Below are positions 1-13,254 of a stretch of DNA of 64,000 nt, piece after piece (position 1 is the first letter of the stretch; the number at the start of each line of letters is the position of its first letter). Position numbers and translations under genes: made by a program. Source of the DNA: Basidiobolus meristosporus CBS 931.73. Taxonomy: Eukaryota; Fungi; Basidiobolomycota. Where the stretch lies: NCBI GenBank assembly GCA_002104905.1, contig MCFE01000498.1, positions 2,258-66,257 of the forward strand, given 5' to 3'. The notes beneath the pieces are model-generated. The model was given only the letters and a program-made list of their open reading frames with translations. It had not been told where the DNA came from and ran no database searches.

Positions 1-659
1 TTATTAATAGTGGCTGGGGCACTTCCGTCACCGAGCATCCAGAACATCTTGCCTCGATGGACCACTCGAACGTGGGTTAATTGAGTTGCGGATCTAGCCT
101 CGTTGTTTCTGTTTCTTGCCCCGGGCCCAATACATTTATGGCACTCGCCCACATGGAGCATCCCTTCTCAGCCCACCACACCACCATTGCGGCTTAGCAG
201 GATGGGACGAATGGTCGGTTCCGGAGCTGCCTCTTAGTATTAAGTGCAAAGCGTATTTGATCTGGTGGTCCGGCAGTAATAGAGCCGTATTGGGGGGTGC
301 TTTATGAGGGAGGCGCCTTGACTTTCGGGCCTCAGGGTTAGGGTTGTCCCAGCGGGTTAGTGAGTACGGATGCCGTCGGTTTCATCCATGAAATTCGAGA
401 ACCTCGATAAGACACAAACCAATTACCGCCCTACGAAATTCAGCTAGTCAGGTGGGATAATTAATGTCTCCGGTGGATGGATTGATGAGCCAACTGAGCT
501 GGTTCCCTTCCGGTCTCGGACCAGGCAGTTGATTCTCGCCTCATTCACACCGAAGGCAAGGTTGGGTTAAACTCGCAGCTCAAGAGCATGTCAAGCAGAC
601 CCATCTGATAGCCAGTGCTGTACGATGGAGAGATGTTACACGGACAACAAGTGGGATGT

Positions 660-1853
660 TTATGGCGAGGGTTGTTGATATGGTTCCAAATCCATAAAAT
701 TGCTTTCCCACTGCTCCTATCAGCAACTCCAGATAGGCTTACCAATCAGAGCCATGCAAGTTGCCATCCTTACACAAGCGATAGCCATATTTCGCAGCAA
801 AGAGGAGGTGGCAATCTACTTTACTGATATCAATGCAGCCATACACTACATGTCTGAGTTGTCGAGCGAAGCGCACTTCTCTCGAGGACGGATCGGATCG
901 ATCGCGCGTCCGTTCGTGGAAACAGCGCGTATATCATAGTGTGCTCATGCAAATTAAAATCCAGCTGGCCGCTGAAAAAAAACGCTTCTATGCAACCATC
1001 CCCATCTTTAACACCGTTACATGACCTTACTCCTTGGAATCGGCAGGCGGCCAATGGCAGGGGCATGCGGAGCACACAAGCTTAGATTAGGTTGCACAAG
1101 GCGATGACATCAAGCTCGTGTTGATATGGTGATCAATGGATACACGTACTGATACAGCACCTTGAGGGCACCAGAGACTCATCAGCAACCATAGGAACGC
1201 TTTGCCGCTGGAACAACCCCGATAGCAAAGAATGGTCTCTAGAGCCCCAAGGCCATCAGGCCAATATTCCCATTTAACCCAATTAACCTAAATAGTTTAA
1301 AATGAAATCGGTTTCGGAGCCAGCGATTAACCATATCGATCGCTGCTGCAAGGGCATCCAGATACCGGTACCTCAGTCTGGCCAATACAATCACCTTGGC
1401 AAAGTGTTCAGTGAGGGAAGCAGCGTGGGCAGGATGCACCGGAGTGGCGTACACAGACGGGAGCTCCGTACACTATACATGTAGGCATTCAGACACCCAA
1501 CTTGGCAATTATGAGCAGAGCCTAGTGGGTGGAAGCTATCTTGGCCATCATCAACGACCATTTGCCACCGCAACCAAATTGGGCCAGCGTTGGTGATTTT
1601 ATCCGATGTGGCTGCTGAATGAGACTGGGAAATTCGGAATGCACCAATGGACAGGTCGAACCAGCTTGATAAGAAACCCCTAGAACTAGGTAAAATTGAT
1701 TGGAGGTTCTATCTGATGAATCTGACTCTGTAAACCCGCCGGAAGAACACACAATCCTGATGAGTGAGATTTGGCGATCTTGGTGATTGAGTGAGTGTGG
1801 GTGCTGGTGCTGACGGTGGGTTGGCGCTTAGACGGGGAGCGAATGTGCAGCAT
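660..1853 (-). CDS. Possible multi-exon gene of unknown function (boundaries tentative)
   Basis: Several short protein-like open segments on the - strand (e.g. TELPSVYATPVHPAHAASLTEHFAK; RQLRHVVYGCIDISK) separated by GT..AG-like intervals; divergent from the CBM21 gene. No family recognised. Confidence 0.25.
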
Positions 1854-2243
1854 TGTTGATGAGCGTTTCGCCATATATGCATGCATGAGACGACTGAGAC
1901 GAAACCTAGGAAACGCAAATCTTCTGGCCTTCAAACAATCGGTCAGGCTAATCAATTGAATCAGTCGATAGGCATGTATCGTGAGCGGATTCCTTCGATC
2001 ACCAATCTAAGCAATGCCTATCAATGAGTCAATTTAGTTGGGATATGAGTGTAACGCATATGACCAATTTGGGTTTTGGATTCCACATCCCCATCAACTC
2101 ATCCTGGCTCAGAAACTATAAATACCACCCACGGCGACCACCTTCCTGTCAACAGCTTGTCAAGTTCTTTCCCACCGACGCCAACACCAGGCAACAGTGT
2201 ATCTTCCACTCCTTCATCCTTCTTGTTATATATCCTCGACGCA

Positions 2244-3335
2244 ATGCCTTTCGTTGGTGAGAACGCAAAGCCTAAGAAGCCTCTTCTGGTAAGAAAGAAG
2301 AGCGGGGAGATCGTCAGACCCGTGCTGAAACCCACTCTGGCGCGCACCAACTCTGCGCCTACCAAATTCGTACATTTTGATTCACAACTCGAGTATGTCA
2401 AGCTCTTCTTGAAGAGCGAACGTCCCGAGTCCATCTCCAATCCTCCTTCGGACGATGACTGTTCGGACTCGGACGATTACAGTGAGCTCTCCAGTGACAA
2501 TGAGGAGGAAATGCAACTCACCATTCGTCTTCCAAACTTCCCACCCTCCATCTTCTCGGCATACAACAAGCCGGTGACTGTGGAGAAGGTGGGTTTATCT
2601 GAGGATAAATCCTGCCTCATTGGCAACGTCATGGTTCAGAACCTTGCCTTCCACAAAAATGTCATCATCAGATACACATTTGATTTCTGGCAGAGTGTGG
2701 AAGAGATGTCCTTGGACTTTAAGGAGGTCGTCATCAACTCCAGCGAGTCTTTTCCCGGAGTGGACAAGTTCCAATTCTCCATCAACCTTAAGGACAAGGT
2801 GAGCGTCAAGCTTGGCGCCCCCAAGAAAAACATGTTCTTCGCGGTCAGGTACCAAGTGGATGGACAGGAGCATTGGGACAACAACGAGGGAGTGAACTAT
2901 CAAGTTGAATTTGTTACTTCCAAGCCCAGGGCCCCCCGTTGCTCGTTTTCCATCAGCACCGCATCGAGCCGCGAAGACGCGATGAACTTCAAGCCTGCCC
3001 CTTTGAAGTCTGCATTCTCTGGCAAGTTGGGCTCTCGGTACAGCTTTGGTGTCTCTTTGGGATCTATGTTCACACCTCAACCCTTGACGGAGAAGGTGGA
3101 AAAGCCCAAGTCAACCTCCGCATACTTTTACACCACCAAGAAGTCCAACGGCTTCACCCACCCAGCCAACTCTTGGGATAATCACAACACCGAATTCGAT
3201 TTCTCCTCATTTTCCGCTCGTAGCCAATCATCTTATCCAGCCTCCACTATCTACGGCTCCCCCGAGTATTATTCGTACAGCGGCTACAGCTCGCCCTACA
3301 GCGTCTCTCCTCCCGCTGCCTGCATCCGCGGCTGA
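2244..3335 (+). CDS. Protein phosphatase 1 glycogen-targeting regulatory subunit (CBM21 domain; GAC1/PIG1/GIP2-like)
   Basis: PP1-docking RVxF-type motif KFVHF, then CBM21 motifs GNVMVQNLAFHKNVIIRYTFDFW and FAVRYQVDGQEHWDNNEGVNY. First ATG at 2244 (the ORF track starts at a TTG). Confidence 0.88.
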   Translation: MPFVGENAKPKKPLLVRKKSGEIVRPVLKPTLARTNSAPTKFVHFDSQLEYVKLFLKSERPESISNPPSDDDCSDSDDYSELSSDNEEEMQLTIRLPNFPPSIFSAYNKPVTVEKVGLSEDKSCLIGNVMVQNLAFHKNVIIRYTFDFWQSVEEMSLDFKEVVINSSESFPGVDKFQFSINLKDKVSVKLGAPKKNMFFAVRYQVDGQEHWDNNEGVNYQVEFVTSKPRAPRCSFSISTASSREDAMNFKPAPLKSAFSGKLGSRYSFGVSLGSMFTPQPLTEKVEKPKSTSAYFYTTKKSNGFTHPANSWDNHNTEFDFSSFSARSQSSYPASTIYGSPEYYSYSGYSSPYSVSPPAACIRG

Positions 3336-5259
3336 GAGACCCGCCAACACCTACCGTACTCTTTTATCGACGCATCCAAGTTTTGAAACACCTATGTAAT
3401 TGTAGTCAATGGATCTAGTTGATCCGTGTATATATCTACTGTATCCTATTAAGAATAAAAATCCACTCATTATCAACAGATCTTATCGGCATTTGGAGAT
3501 AGGGAATTAGTTTGGGGACAGCGAATGTTTTGATCAGAGATCAGGATGAACCAAAATCCCAGTCTAGACCGCAGGCGAATAAGGTTTCAACGAGGATCGG
3601 ACGTGGTTTTTCCACCCAGGAGCCAGCGCACGCTTACGGAGAGAGGGATCAGCTTGGGGGGACGTGCAGCCAGGTGAGTCAAGCAATGTATGTGGGGGCT
3701 CTAGACTGCACGCCACTTGAAAAGCGTCTTGCATTTGGAGATGAGTGTTGTTGTAAATACCTGAAACGTAAACTCAGCAACCACGTATCGAGGGTTAGCC
3801 AGCCGGATACGTCCTGTGCCGGATTAGGGAAGACTGGAGTCGAGCTTACCCAATACGGCAACAAAGTGTGGGCAAATCAAACTCCGGAAGCCACCTTTTC
3901 CATTCTTAAATTTGGATAAGGTGATGTCAACTCATATGTGGTAATGGCTGGCTAATGCAACACAGTAATATGATGAAGTCATGGTTGTTGTCAAGATAGG
4001 CTAGCATCCGCATTTGGTAAGATTCGTTGCAAGCAATGTTTGTGTGCGACTGGCTCATCGATAGTGTTCACTCTATGGTCTCAACATGTTGACTCTGTGT
4101 TGACCACCTACACCCACACCCACGCGTCAGTAGAGAACCCAGTGGACCGAAACAAACCGGCGATCCTGCTCAACCGGTTGGTAGGATTAGAGTGGGCTTT
4201 ACTTCGGCTGACCAATGGTGGATCGCTGTGTGTGGGTGATTCGCTGGGTCTGAAACACCAGTGGACTTGTTTGCCCTGAGGTGGTTTTGTTTCAGTCCGT
4301 GAAGCTAAACTAGTTTGCGTCGAGGATGAGGTGATGCTTATGAGATGATCACCAGACTCCTTGCATATATGAATTGCCAACTTGAATCAACTTGAAATAC
4401 TCCGAATCCACCAAATCCACCAAATCCATCGAATCCAAGCTCAGCATCCATTCCTGCCACCGTGCCAGCGCTGCGTTGATCTGGTTTGTCAACTGGCAGG
4501 ATGGCCAACACAACGGAATGCACAGAAGATCTGTCAAGGAGATCAGGGCTGTTGCACGGATTTGGTGATGATTAGTGAAGCAGAGGGAGTTAATAATGCC
4601 ATATAGATCCGCTTGTTTGATATCACTTGCTTTTGCTCCCATAGATTGTGGGAGTATTTGTGTGCGTCGCTTCTATACCCAAGTGCCTATTAGCAACCAT
4701 TTCTAGTCTGTATTCCATTGAGCAGCCTAACCATATTGACATCTCTACTTCTGCATTAAGTCTATCAGTGTGTTTTCCACGACGGATTAGGCTGCAGATC
4801 ATGAAACTTGGTTGGGCTGCTGAGGAGGGGATGTAGTAGAAGGTCGCCAAGATTTCGCCTCAAATATCCATTCACACGTCACAACCTAACTAAAATCTGA
4901 ACCAAATGTGTGTCGGCGATTTGTTTTCATTTGGATTTGGCTTCACAATCATGCTGCCGGTTGACAATTTACAATCATGCTGCCAGTCGGAGTTCCTGGG
5001 CGGTTTCAAGGATATTGGAAATGCTGTTGTTTAGATATCCATGACGTGTTGTTGCTCGGAGTTTGAAAGATTGCGCTCCTGTCACATATTTGGGCCATCA
5101 CTATACTCTCTCGCCAGGGCATCCGTACTCTCCTAGGGGAAAATGAAAAGTAAATTCGGAAATGTTTAGGTTTCTTTCGTATCACTACTATGGGTGTGCT
5201 GGTTAAGGAGGCCACTCAAGCAAAAATTTGATGATTTTCTAATAGGCCAAGTCCCAGTT

Positions 5260-5710
5260 TTTTAGAGCACTTCTTTCTTCCATTAGCTGTATCATTGCAA
5301 CTTGATAAGGTGTCCTGGACAAGACAGTTTGCTAAGTAGTCAAAAAGCCCAAAAACTTTGCCCACATGCACTTGGGACCTTCCTGAGTATATTTTGCTGA
5401 AAGAGTAATGAAGATACTCAAAGTGCTTGGGTGAACAAGTAGAGTATGTGCTTTCGCATGATGCTTTATTGAATGTAAAGAGGATATTTATACTCTTAGA
5501 TGATTTTTGCAAAAAAAACACAATGGATATACTTAGGAAGGCCCCAAAAAGATGTTTGAAGTTTAGGGATCTTTGGAAAGCTTTCAGATATTTCATGTCA
5601 AAGCACTTGAAGTTTTGGTGTTATACTCTTGGATCTTAGTGGGGAACTTGGCCAAATTACTCTAAGACTTGTAGACTGTAAGCTGAGTGACCAAGTCAAG
5701 AGAAAACTTC
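5260..5710. mobile_element. Highly decayed Copia LTR remnants (one +, one -)
   Basis: Patches resembling the 5942-6283 LTR, e.g. ccaaaaactttgcccacatgcacttgggaccttcct (~5350, +) and ttattgaatgtaaagaggatatttatactc through agtgaccaag (~5467-5695, -). Confidence 0.45.
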
Positions 5711-5941
5711 AGCACTATCACAAAATTGCAAGAGCTTTCATCTGATGATTTATCAAATGTTAAAGTGATATTGCACTTTCCCATGGTCATGGCAAGGAAG
5801 CAGGTGAGAATATCGAGGAGGGTGCAAAGCTTGAGGAGCTTTGGACAGCTTAAGATTTTTGATGACCCAAGTGTTGCAAGACACTTGGGAATATAGAAGG
5901 CAACTCAAGAGCTAGAAAACTGATTGACATTCACTTGTTCT

Positions 5942-6283
5942 TGTTGTAAAAATTCGGAATTCCACCTAAATACTCACCTAACTTAGTCACGTAGATCATT
6001 ACCTTCAAATCCTAGAGAATACTGACCAAATTTCTTGTTAGGATTTACTTAGAATATTTACCCAGAACATGCCCAGAGCATGGAACTTCTAAAAGTTGTC
6101 CAAACAGCCCCAAAATTTGCACACATGTTTTTGGGACCTTCCTTAACCTATTCTACATGTTTGTTATGCACAACCATGTAAAAGTATAAATACTACTTTT
6201 ACATTCAATAAATCATTAAGTGAAAACCACATAATCTCCTTGTCCTCCCAATCACTTCCAATATCTCCAAGACTCTTACAACA
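5942..6283 (+). mobile_element. Ty1/Copia solo LTR with 5-bp target-site duplication
   Basis: Ends TGTTGTAA...TTACAACA, flanked on both sides by GTTCT (5937-5941, 6284-6288). Homologous over its length to the LTR at 52279-52627, which is followed by a PBS and gag. Confidence 0.9.
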
Positions 6284-6398
6284 GTTCTAAACTGCACTCA
6301 GTTAGTGTATCTATACTTCTAGGAGAGCTTTGTAGTGAAAAAGCTGATAATGTCTTATAATCACAGAAAGCTGTGCATTAAGTTTGGGGATTTTGCAC

Positions 6399-6741
6399 TA
6401 TTGTAAGAGTTTTGGAGATATTGGAAGTGATTGGGAGAACAAGGAGATTATGTGGTTCTCACTTAACAAATTGTTGAATGTAAAGTAGTAATTATTCTTT
6501 TACATGATACTAGCAAAAAATACTTAAAACATGTCAAAGAAGGCCCCAAGAGCATGTATGCAAAGTTTGGGCTGTTTGGCCAACTTTTAGAAGTTCCATG
6601 CTCTGGGTACCTGATATTTTAGTGAAAATATTCCAAGTAAATCTCACAAGGAATTTGGTCAGAATTCTCTAAAATTTGTAAACTATGCTCCAAGTGACTA
6701 AGTTGGGTGAATATTCGGGTGTATTTACGAAATTTACACCA
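6399..6741 (-). mobile_element. Second, more diverged Copia solo LTR in opposite orientation
   Basis: Reverse complement aligns with 5942-6283 (e.g. ttgtaagagttttggagatattggaagtgattggg). Termini are degenerate (TATTGTAA / TTACACCA) and no TSD is seen. Confidence 0.8.
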
Positions 6742-8001
6742 ATTAGGACTTCTGACTTTAATTACAGTCATGTACTATACACTGCTAATGAGTTTTCAAT
6801 AAACTAATAGCTAAGCTTCATGATATGCATCAGAATGGTGATATGGTGGCATATACATTGTATGTGGCATGCACCTAACTTATAGAACCTAATCACAGTT
6901 CTTTTACTGCTTTATAGTATGTTTCTGATAGAGTATGCGTAGTTGAACTTGCGAATGAATGACAAAGAAGTAGAGGAAGGAGCGCTCTAAGGAAGTCTTA
7001 CGAAGCTGTGTTCAAAATAAGGGTTTTTGACACGTATGAATCTTGACATTCCTCTAGAATTTCATAACCTCAAAGAATTGTGATTATATATAAAATCACA
7101 ATGCCACATAATTCCACATACTCTTAGGTGCGGGCAAACAGTGGATTGTAGAGGCAAAAAGAAATTTTCTTTGGGGGAGGGGACTAGAAAGCTGAAGTTG
7201 AGTTCGCTTAGTCTCACAGCTTAATCATTCATATATCTTCAGTTTCTACTTTACAAACCATGATTTGCTAACTGAAGAATTTGCTCGCAAGACATTAGCT
7301 TATATCATAATGTATGAATAATTTAGGGACGAAACTATTTAATTCGATTTTAGAATCAATAGACTGACCTCAATTATGTCCATCCCGCAACACTCCTCGA
7401 TCGAAGCATGCTTTTTAAAGTTTATTTCCCTACGTAAGCAACAATTGAAATGGCTCCAACATCGGTACGAGTCGGAAATTTCCTAATCAAACCTCCATCT
7501 TTCAATATTTCTAGAGCCCTACCATATGAACATTATTTACGTGTTCAAAGCGAGCCCTTATCACCCATTAGTAGCTGTGGTATCATTCTTGGCGCTGTCA
7601 CTTGGTAAAACGACACTAAGCGTCAACTCCCTCTTGATTTATACGTGACCGGCTCTTTTGATATGGTGGCGCTGGAGATTTAGATGTTGCGCACCCTTCT
7701 GGCATTAACTGGATTTGGCAAGATTCTTGGTAGAGTTCCAATATGACTGGTCATCTCTTGGAATCCACGCACAGATGTATTTGAGGAACACCACATGAGA
7801 GCCAACTGCAACATCAAAGCGCAGTTGTGGACTTGCTTTATATGGAAGATCAGATCTTATCATTGCTCAAAGCGAGATACGACTAGCTAAATGCAAGACG
7901 TTCGGGGCTATCTGATGGAAATCTAAAACTCGGGTACTTCTCAAGGTTGATTAAGTATGGTAATTTGTAACATCCGATGGTGAATCTTATTCTCCAACAA
8001 T

Positions 8002-8069
8002 ATCCATTTTCTGTTGGCTCTCTATCTACATCCATTTTCTGCTGGCTCTCTATCTACATCCATTTTCTG
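8002..8069. repeat. 28-bp tandem repeat, ~2.4 copies
   Basis: atccattttctg(t/c)tggctctctatctac recurring at 8002, 8030 and 8058. Confidence 0.7.
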
Positions 8070-8701
8070 CGGATGAAAATTCCACAAGTGACGCAAGTGG
8101 TTACGAATCAGAAGCAGCGTTACAATCGTAGATATTATGCTCTACACTAGGATTATCAACAACCCAAGCATTCAAGCATACAGGCACACAGAGAATACGA
8201 GCTCTCAAAGATTTGCATACGATATATGGCTTCAATTGGTGCATATTTTTAGGTTTAGAATCTTCTACTCAGATCAATATCCCCTAACCCTAGCCTCTAA
8301 CCCTCATTGTTTCCTTTCTAGCATTGACATCAGCGAAACATACCAATGATTTCTCAGAAATACAAATAGAATGTGATGTACATAGAATCAAATCATGTTA
8401 ATCCTAGAAATCGATATCATTGCCTTATTAAGAAACAACTGTGTCACCGACTATTTAGGAATACCCGTCATCTTCCCAGAGCCAATGTATGTTTGGGAAT
8501 TCTACTGTATTTTAGGAACACTCATACTATTTTCGTTTAGTCCTATTCATCTCTGGTACATTCTGTTTATAAGTCGGGCGTTTGCCAGTGTTTGCTCTTT
8601 ATTTCCGTAGAGTTAGTGGAGGGTTGACAACGTTTGTTCCTTCATGCAGTAGACGTTCAAGAATATACACACAGCTTTCATTCGACTCTCTTCCCTGCGA
8701 T

Positions 8702-11700
8702 ATGACCGACCCGAACTCTTTTAACACATACACTGGGGCTGACTATGGTGGACTAAATATAGACGACAGTCAAATGGACTGGCTAAAGAGTAAAAAAAGT
8801 GATGAACCTTTGATAGCAGCACCCAGTGGTTCCTCTGTACCCCACATTAGACAGGTATTTCACCGATACAACACTGACGTATCCCGACAAAGGGCCATAC
8901 CTGCTTTTGGAACCAGAACCTGCCGGACCGATGTTTCGACGATCGGACGGCGTGAAGCTAATGACCCAGTATTCCAAGCATTAGATGAAAAGTAGCTGAC
9001 CTTTGTTGTTCTGTCAGTTCTACATATTTTCTCACCATCGTTTTCATCCTTCCCAGTTCCCCCGAACTTCATTCACTAAGTGAAAAGAGACAGCTGAGCT
9101 TCCTCCCAGGCCTCCGAAACAGGCAAGGGTGGACTTATGATAGAGTACGGGAGGAGTACAAAGAACGAAAAGTGAAAGAACGGTAGGCGAAGATAAAAGG
9201 GTAGCACTTCAGTACCTTTTCTAACACTGTGGCATGATCGACATTAGCGACAATCGATTCGGTCTCAGCCTATGGACGAAGATCAAAACGAAGGTGTACT
9301 GTGAACTGTACAAAGACAAACTCCTAGGCTTCGTCAATTCTGCAGAGAGAAGGCTCATCTTTGTAAATATCCATCGCACATCACGAGCTCATCAGCAGAC
9401 ATGTGACTAAGTCGACACTCCCCATGTAGGTTATACTCGACTTGATCGCCGATTTCCTATTCTGTATTTTGTACATGGTCGAGATGCAAATGTCCGAAGT
9501 AACTGGTTTTAGCCCACATTGGCTCTGGGTTGATCGGCCAACGGTTGTTTGGTACTTGATGATTCTTTTGACGTGCGAAAACATCATCTCTCGCCTCGCA
9601 CGTTAGTTAATCCTTTCTTCTCTTTCTTCCTTGCCTTTGCTAACTTTGCTTAAAGAGATTCTCTTTACCCAGACTACAAGGTAGGTGGTGGCTCGTTTCG
9701 TGGAATCCGAATGGGTCTTGACAGCCATGTTTTAGGTATTCAACCATCATCAGTCTGTACACTTTCTTGGACGTGGTCACAGGAGCCCCAGTGATCGTCA
9801 GTCTATTTATCAAGCATGGGCAATATCTATATGGTAATTGATGGATAGCTCCGGATTCCATGATCAAATCAACATCTAACCTTCATCACAAGTCCCATAT
9901 TTTCTTCGAAGTATTGTGGTGGTCTGGCGTATCAAGCGTGCCATCCGTAACGTCATCTCCATCAACGCAGACAGACTTTACGATCCGCTTCTTATGAAGC
10001 TCATTGTATTGGTCGCTTACATCATCATCATCGTCTACAATGGCATGGCAGCATTCCAGTACTTTGAATTGATGTTTGCCAACACAAACTACAATCTCAT
10101 CGAGAGCTTCTACTTCACAATCATCACCGTATCTACGGTGGGTTATGGTGACATAGTGCCAAAGTCGATTCCAGCCAAATTCGTGGTGATCCTGCTCATT
10201 GTTGTTGTCCTGACAATCCTGCCCGGCCTCATATCGGATATGCTAGAAACCTTGAACCAAAAGAATTGTAAGTCTTTGTTCACATGCCTTCACATGAATC
10301 CCTTTATCACTCACTCCGACAATTCCTTCAGCTGGCGGAGGATCCTATGAAAGAATAAGAGACAGTAACCTGATTGTGATATGTGGGGTGTTTGATCGCA
10401 TCCAAAGTGTAAGGGATATCCTCAACGGATTCCTTCATCAAGAACGACAGTCCACTACGACACATCTTGTGTTCCTCGGGCGTGAGAAGCCTACGGTGCA
10501 AATTAAGGTTCTTTTCAACATGCCTAGTTACAAAAACCGGGTAACGTACCTACATGGAAGCGTCTTGGTAAGTGTGGATTTCAATAGGCATTTCTTGGAT
10601 CCAGTGCTAATTTCTGCCGTTCTCTTGGACCAGAATACGCAAGATCTGAAAAGAGCTAGTGTGGAAACGGCTAGCGCCGTATTCATGCTATCAGGTATTC
10701 GTTCTTTGCACAAGGTTTACTTTGAGCAATAGGCTAACCGTTCATCAGATCGCAACGTAGTAGATAGTATTGAGGAGGACGAGAACAATACCCTTCGTAC
10801 CTGGGCCATTCATGTTTATGCTCCCCATGTCCCTATATACACGTACAATCACCATCCGTTTACTTCAGCCTATCAGAAGAGAGTTGTACGGCAGACGATC
10901 TGCCCTCAAGAGTTTCAACAGGTAGTCTTGTTGACATAGTAACCCATCCCAGGGTGTCACAATAGCCTAAACTTTATTTGTAGGCTCTGATTGGACACAA
11001 TTGCCTCTATAAGGGATCGGCGACGTTGATTTTGAATCTGTTGTACAACAGTCGGCCCATCGACAAATACTCGGAACCTTGGCAAGCGCAATATGGTAAT
11101 GGCATACGGAGTCAGTCAATGGAAGTGGCAAGCATACTAATTTCAGTGGGCATTAGATGACGGTTCAGGAAACGAAATCTATTCTGGTCTCGTGAACCCA
11201 ATATTTGTTGGGAAGCCTTTTACTTTTGTCTCGTGGGTGAGTATCGAGACTGATTCGTTTGTTATGCTCATTTTACTAATACATTTACTAATACCTCGAT
11301 ATCGCAGTATCTGTTCCAAGAGTTTCAAGCGATTCTGTTTGCAGTGAGTGTGTATGTCAAAAAGTCCAACTCCCACCACATCGTTCTGAACCCTGGGAGT
11401 CACTACCTGCTTGGGCCCAAAGACATATGTTATTACATCAGCCAGGGTCCCGAAGAAGTTAACGACATCTCCAATCTGGTACGTATGCTTGCCCCACTCC
11501 TCCGGCGAAATGATGGGCTGACGCCTCTTCCTTCCAGAGTCAAAGTCAATTCGAAACCTCTTTGAAGCATATCGAATATTTGACTCCTTCAGAGCGTGAT
11601 CTATTGATGAATCCGCATGTGGCCTCGAAATACACGACCTGCAATCGGCGATCAGTCATAGAGAAGTTCCCTTCGTTTAATTCAGATATCATCATTGGGC

Positions 11701-12987
11701 AACCGCCACCACCCTACGAGGACTTGGACACCCCGCTTTGCCATCTGCTCAAGTACCCAATTGAATCGGCAGAAAAGATCATTCTGCCAGACGCGCGTCG
11801 AATGACCGGCCATATTCTAATCTGCTCTGGCTACTCAGACCCGTTCAGATTGATATGTACCTTAAGGTGAGTGGTGTATTTACGTATACTCCGGCAAGCC
11901 CCCATTATTGACCACAGCTCTAGAGCCGCCCATATTACTTCATCTGAGCATCGTCACATCGTCATCCTTCGTAATCAGCCGCCTACCGAAGATGAAGTCA
12001 AAATATTAGGGGTCTTCCCCGATGTCTACTTTGTTATTGTAAGTTCATGATGCTCATTTGGGATGTGGCCAGATTACTAAATACTCTTCAGGGGTTGAAG
12101 AGAAGTGAGAAAGATTTGCTTCGTGCTGGGATATTGGGCTGTAGCCGACTAATCATCTTGAGGAGACAAAATGTTGCTCAAAAACATGATGAATATGTAG
12201 ATACATCAGTCATGTAAGTACCCTACCTACTGCTGAGCTGCTCTAAAGAGACGAAGGCTAATCCGACACCAACTAGTATGTGCAATCAATTGGCCAGAAG
12301 AATATTGAAGCAGCATGATGCTTGCAAGTATATCATGGTGGAATTAGGTTTGTAGACTCGCTAGCTATCGGTCTAGTGAAATTAATGCTAACCTTATTTC
12401 AGTTGAGCAGGAGAATGTCAAGCTTCTACAGGCGACGGATAAGCACTCCAAGGATAAATTCACCAAAGTCTTTACCCATGCTGGCATCTACGCGTCTGGC
12501 CAGGTGTTCGTTGACTGCTTGATCGACCATCTTTTCTACCAAGTACGATATTCTCTTTCCACTCCTCTGTAGGACCCTAGCATTAAATAGATTCCATTTC
12601 AGAGCTATCACAACAAAGCCATCATGAAGCTGGTCAAACTGCTTTGTGGATTGCGTAGCCAGAAAGATCTCGCCCTTGACACGAAGCTCGATATAACATC
12701 CTCGTACCTGTGCTATATCAAAGTCCCGGAGAAGTTTGTGGTCAGTGTTGGTTGGATTTCTCTTGCGCCCGAGCACACACATTAACGACGATCTTTAATA
12801 GGGGATGCCATACAACTCATTGTACAGAGAGCTTGCCACTGAGCAGGGGATCATACCACTTGGCCTGTTCCGCGCTCCTGATCTGGATCTTGGAAATACA
12901 ACGCCATTTGTATTTACGAACCCTGTACCAGCCATGCTGCTTAAGAATGACGATTTGGTATACGTCTTGAAAGTGACGTTTGATTAA
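8702..12987 (+). CDS. Slo/BK-family (Ca/Na-activated) potassium channel, multi-exon; start tentative
   Basis: Hydrophobic TM exons; pore FYFTIITVSTVGYGDIVP (~10110-10160); RCK-type cytosolic exons (VTYLHGSVL, DLKRASVETASAVF, GSGNEIY, PLGLFR, FVFTNP); ends DDLVYVLKVTFD*. Confidence 0.85.
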
Positions 12988-13254
12988 TCTCGACCGTGCC
13001 ATCATGTTCCATTCACGTATTGTTGTCGTGCTGACTATATATCGTGGACGTGTGTATATTGTATATTGGGGGAGATGAAAATGAACCAGCCGACAGCTAG
13101 AATACGTGCCCATAGAAATATATTAGCTACCTAATCACGAGCCTCACCATTGGCCAAATCCGTAAAAAATAAAGTCAAAATTTTGTTCCAGGCAAGGATT
13201 GTTATTTACGAGCATCTCCACCTCCCCTATCGCACACATTAGTTGAATCGAGGG

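Noticed and set aside
4040-4850. Short ORFs suggesting a gene
   Set aside because: No recognisable domain or consistent splice structure.
5942-6741. MITE/foldback transposon with long TIRs
   Set aside because: The left arm has its own TG..CA ends and TSD and matches a Copia LTR followed by PBS and gag, so these are two independent solo LTRs.
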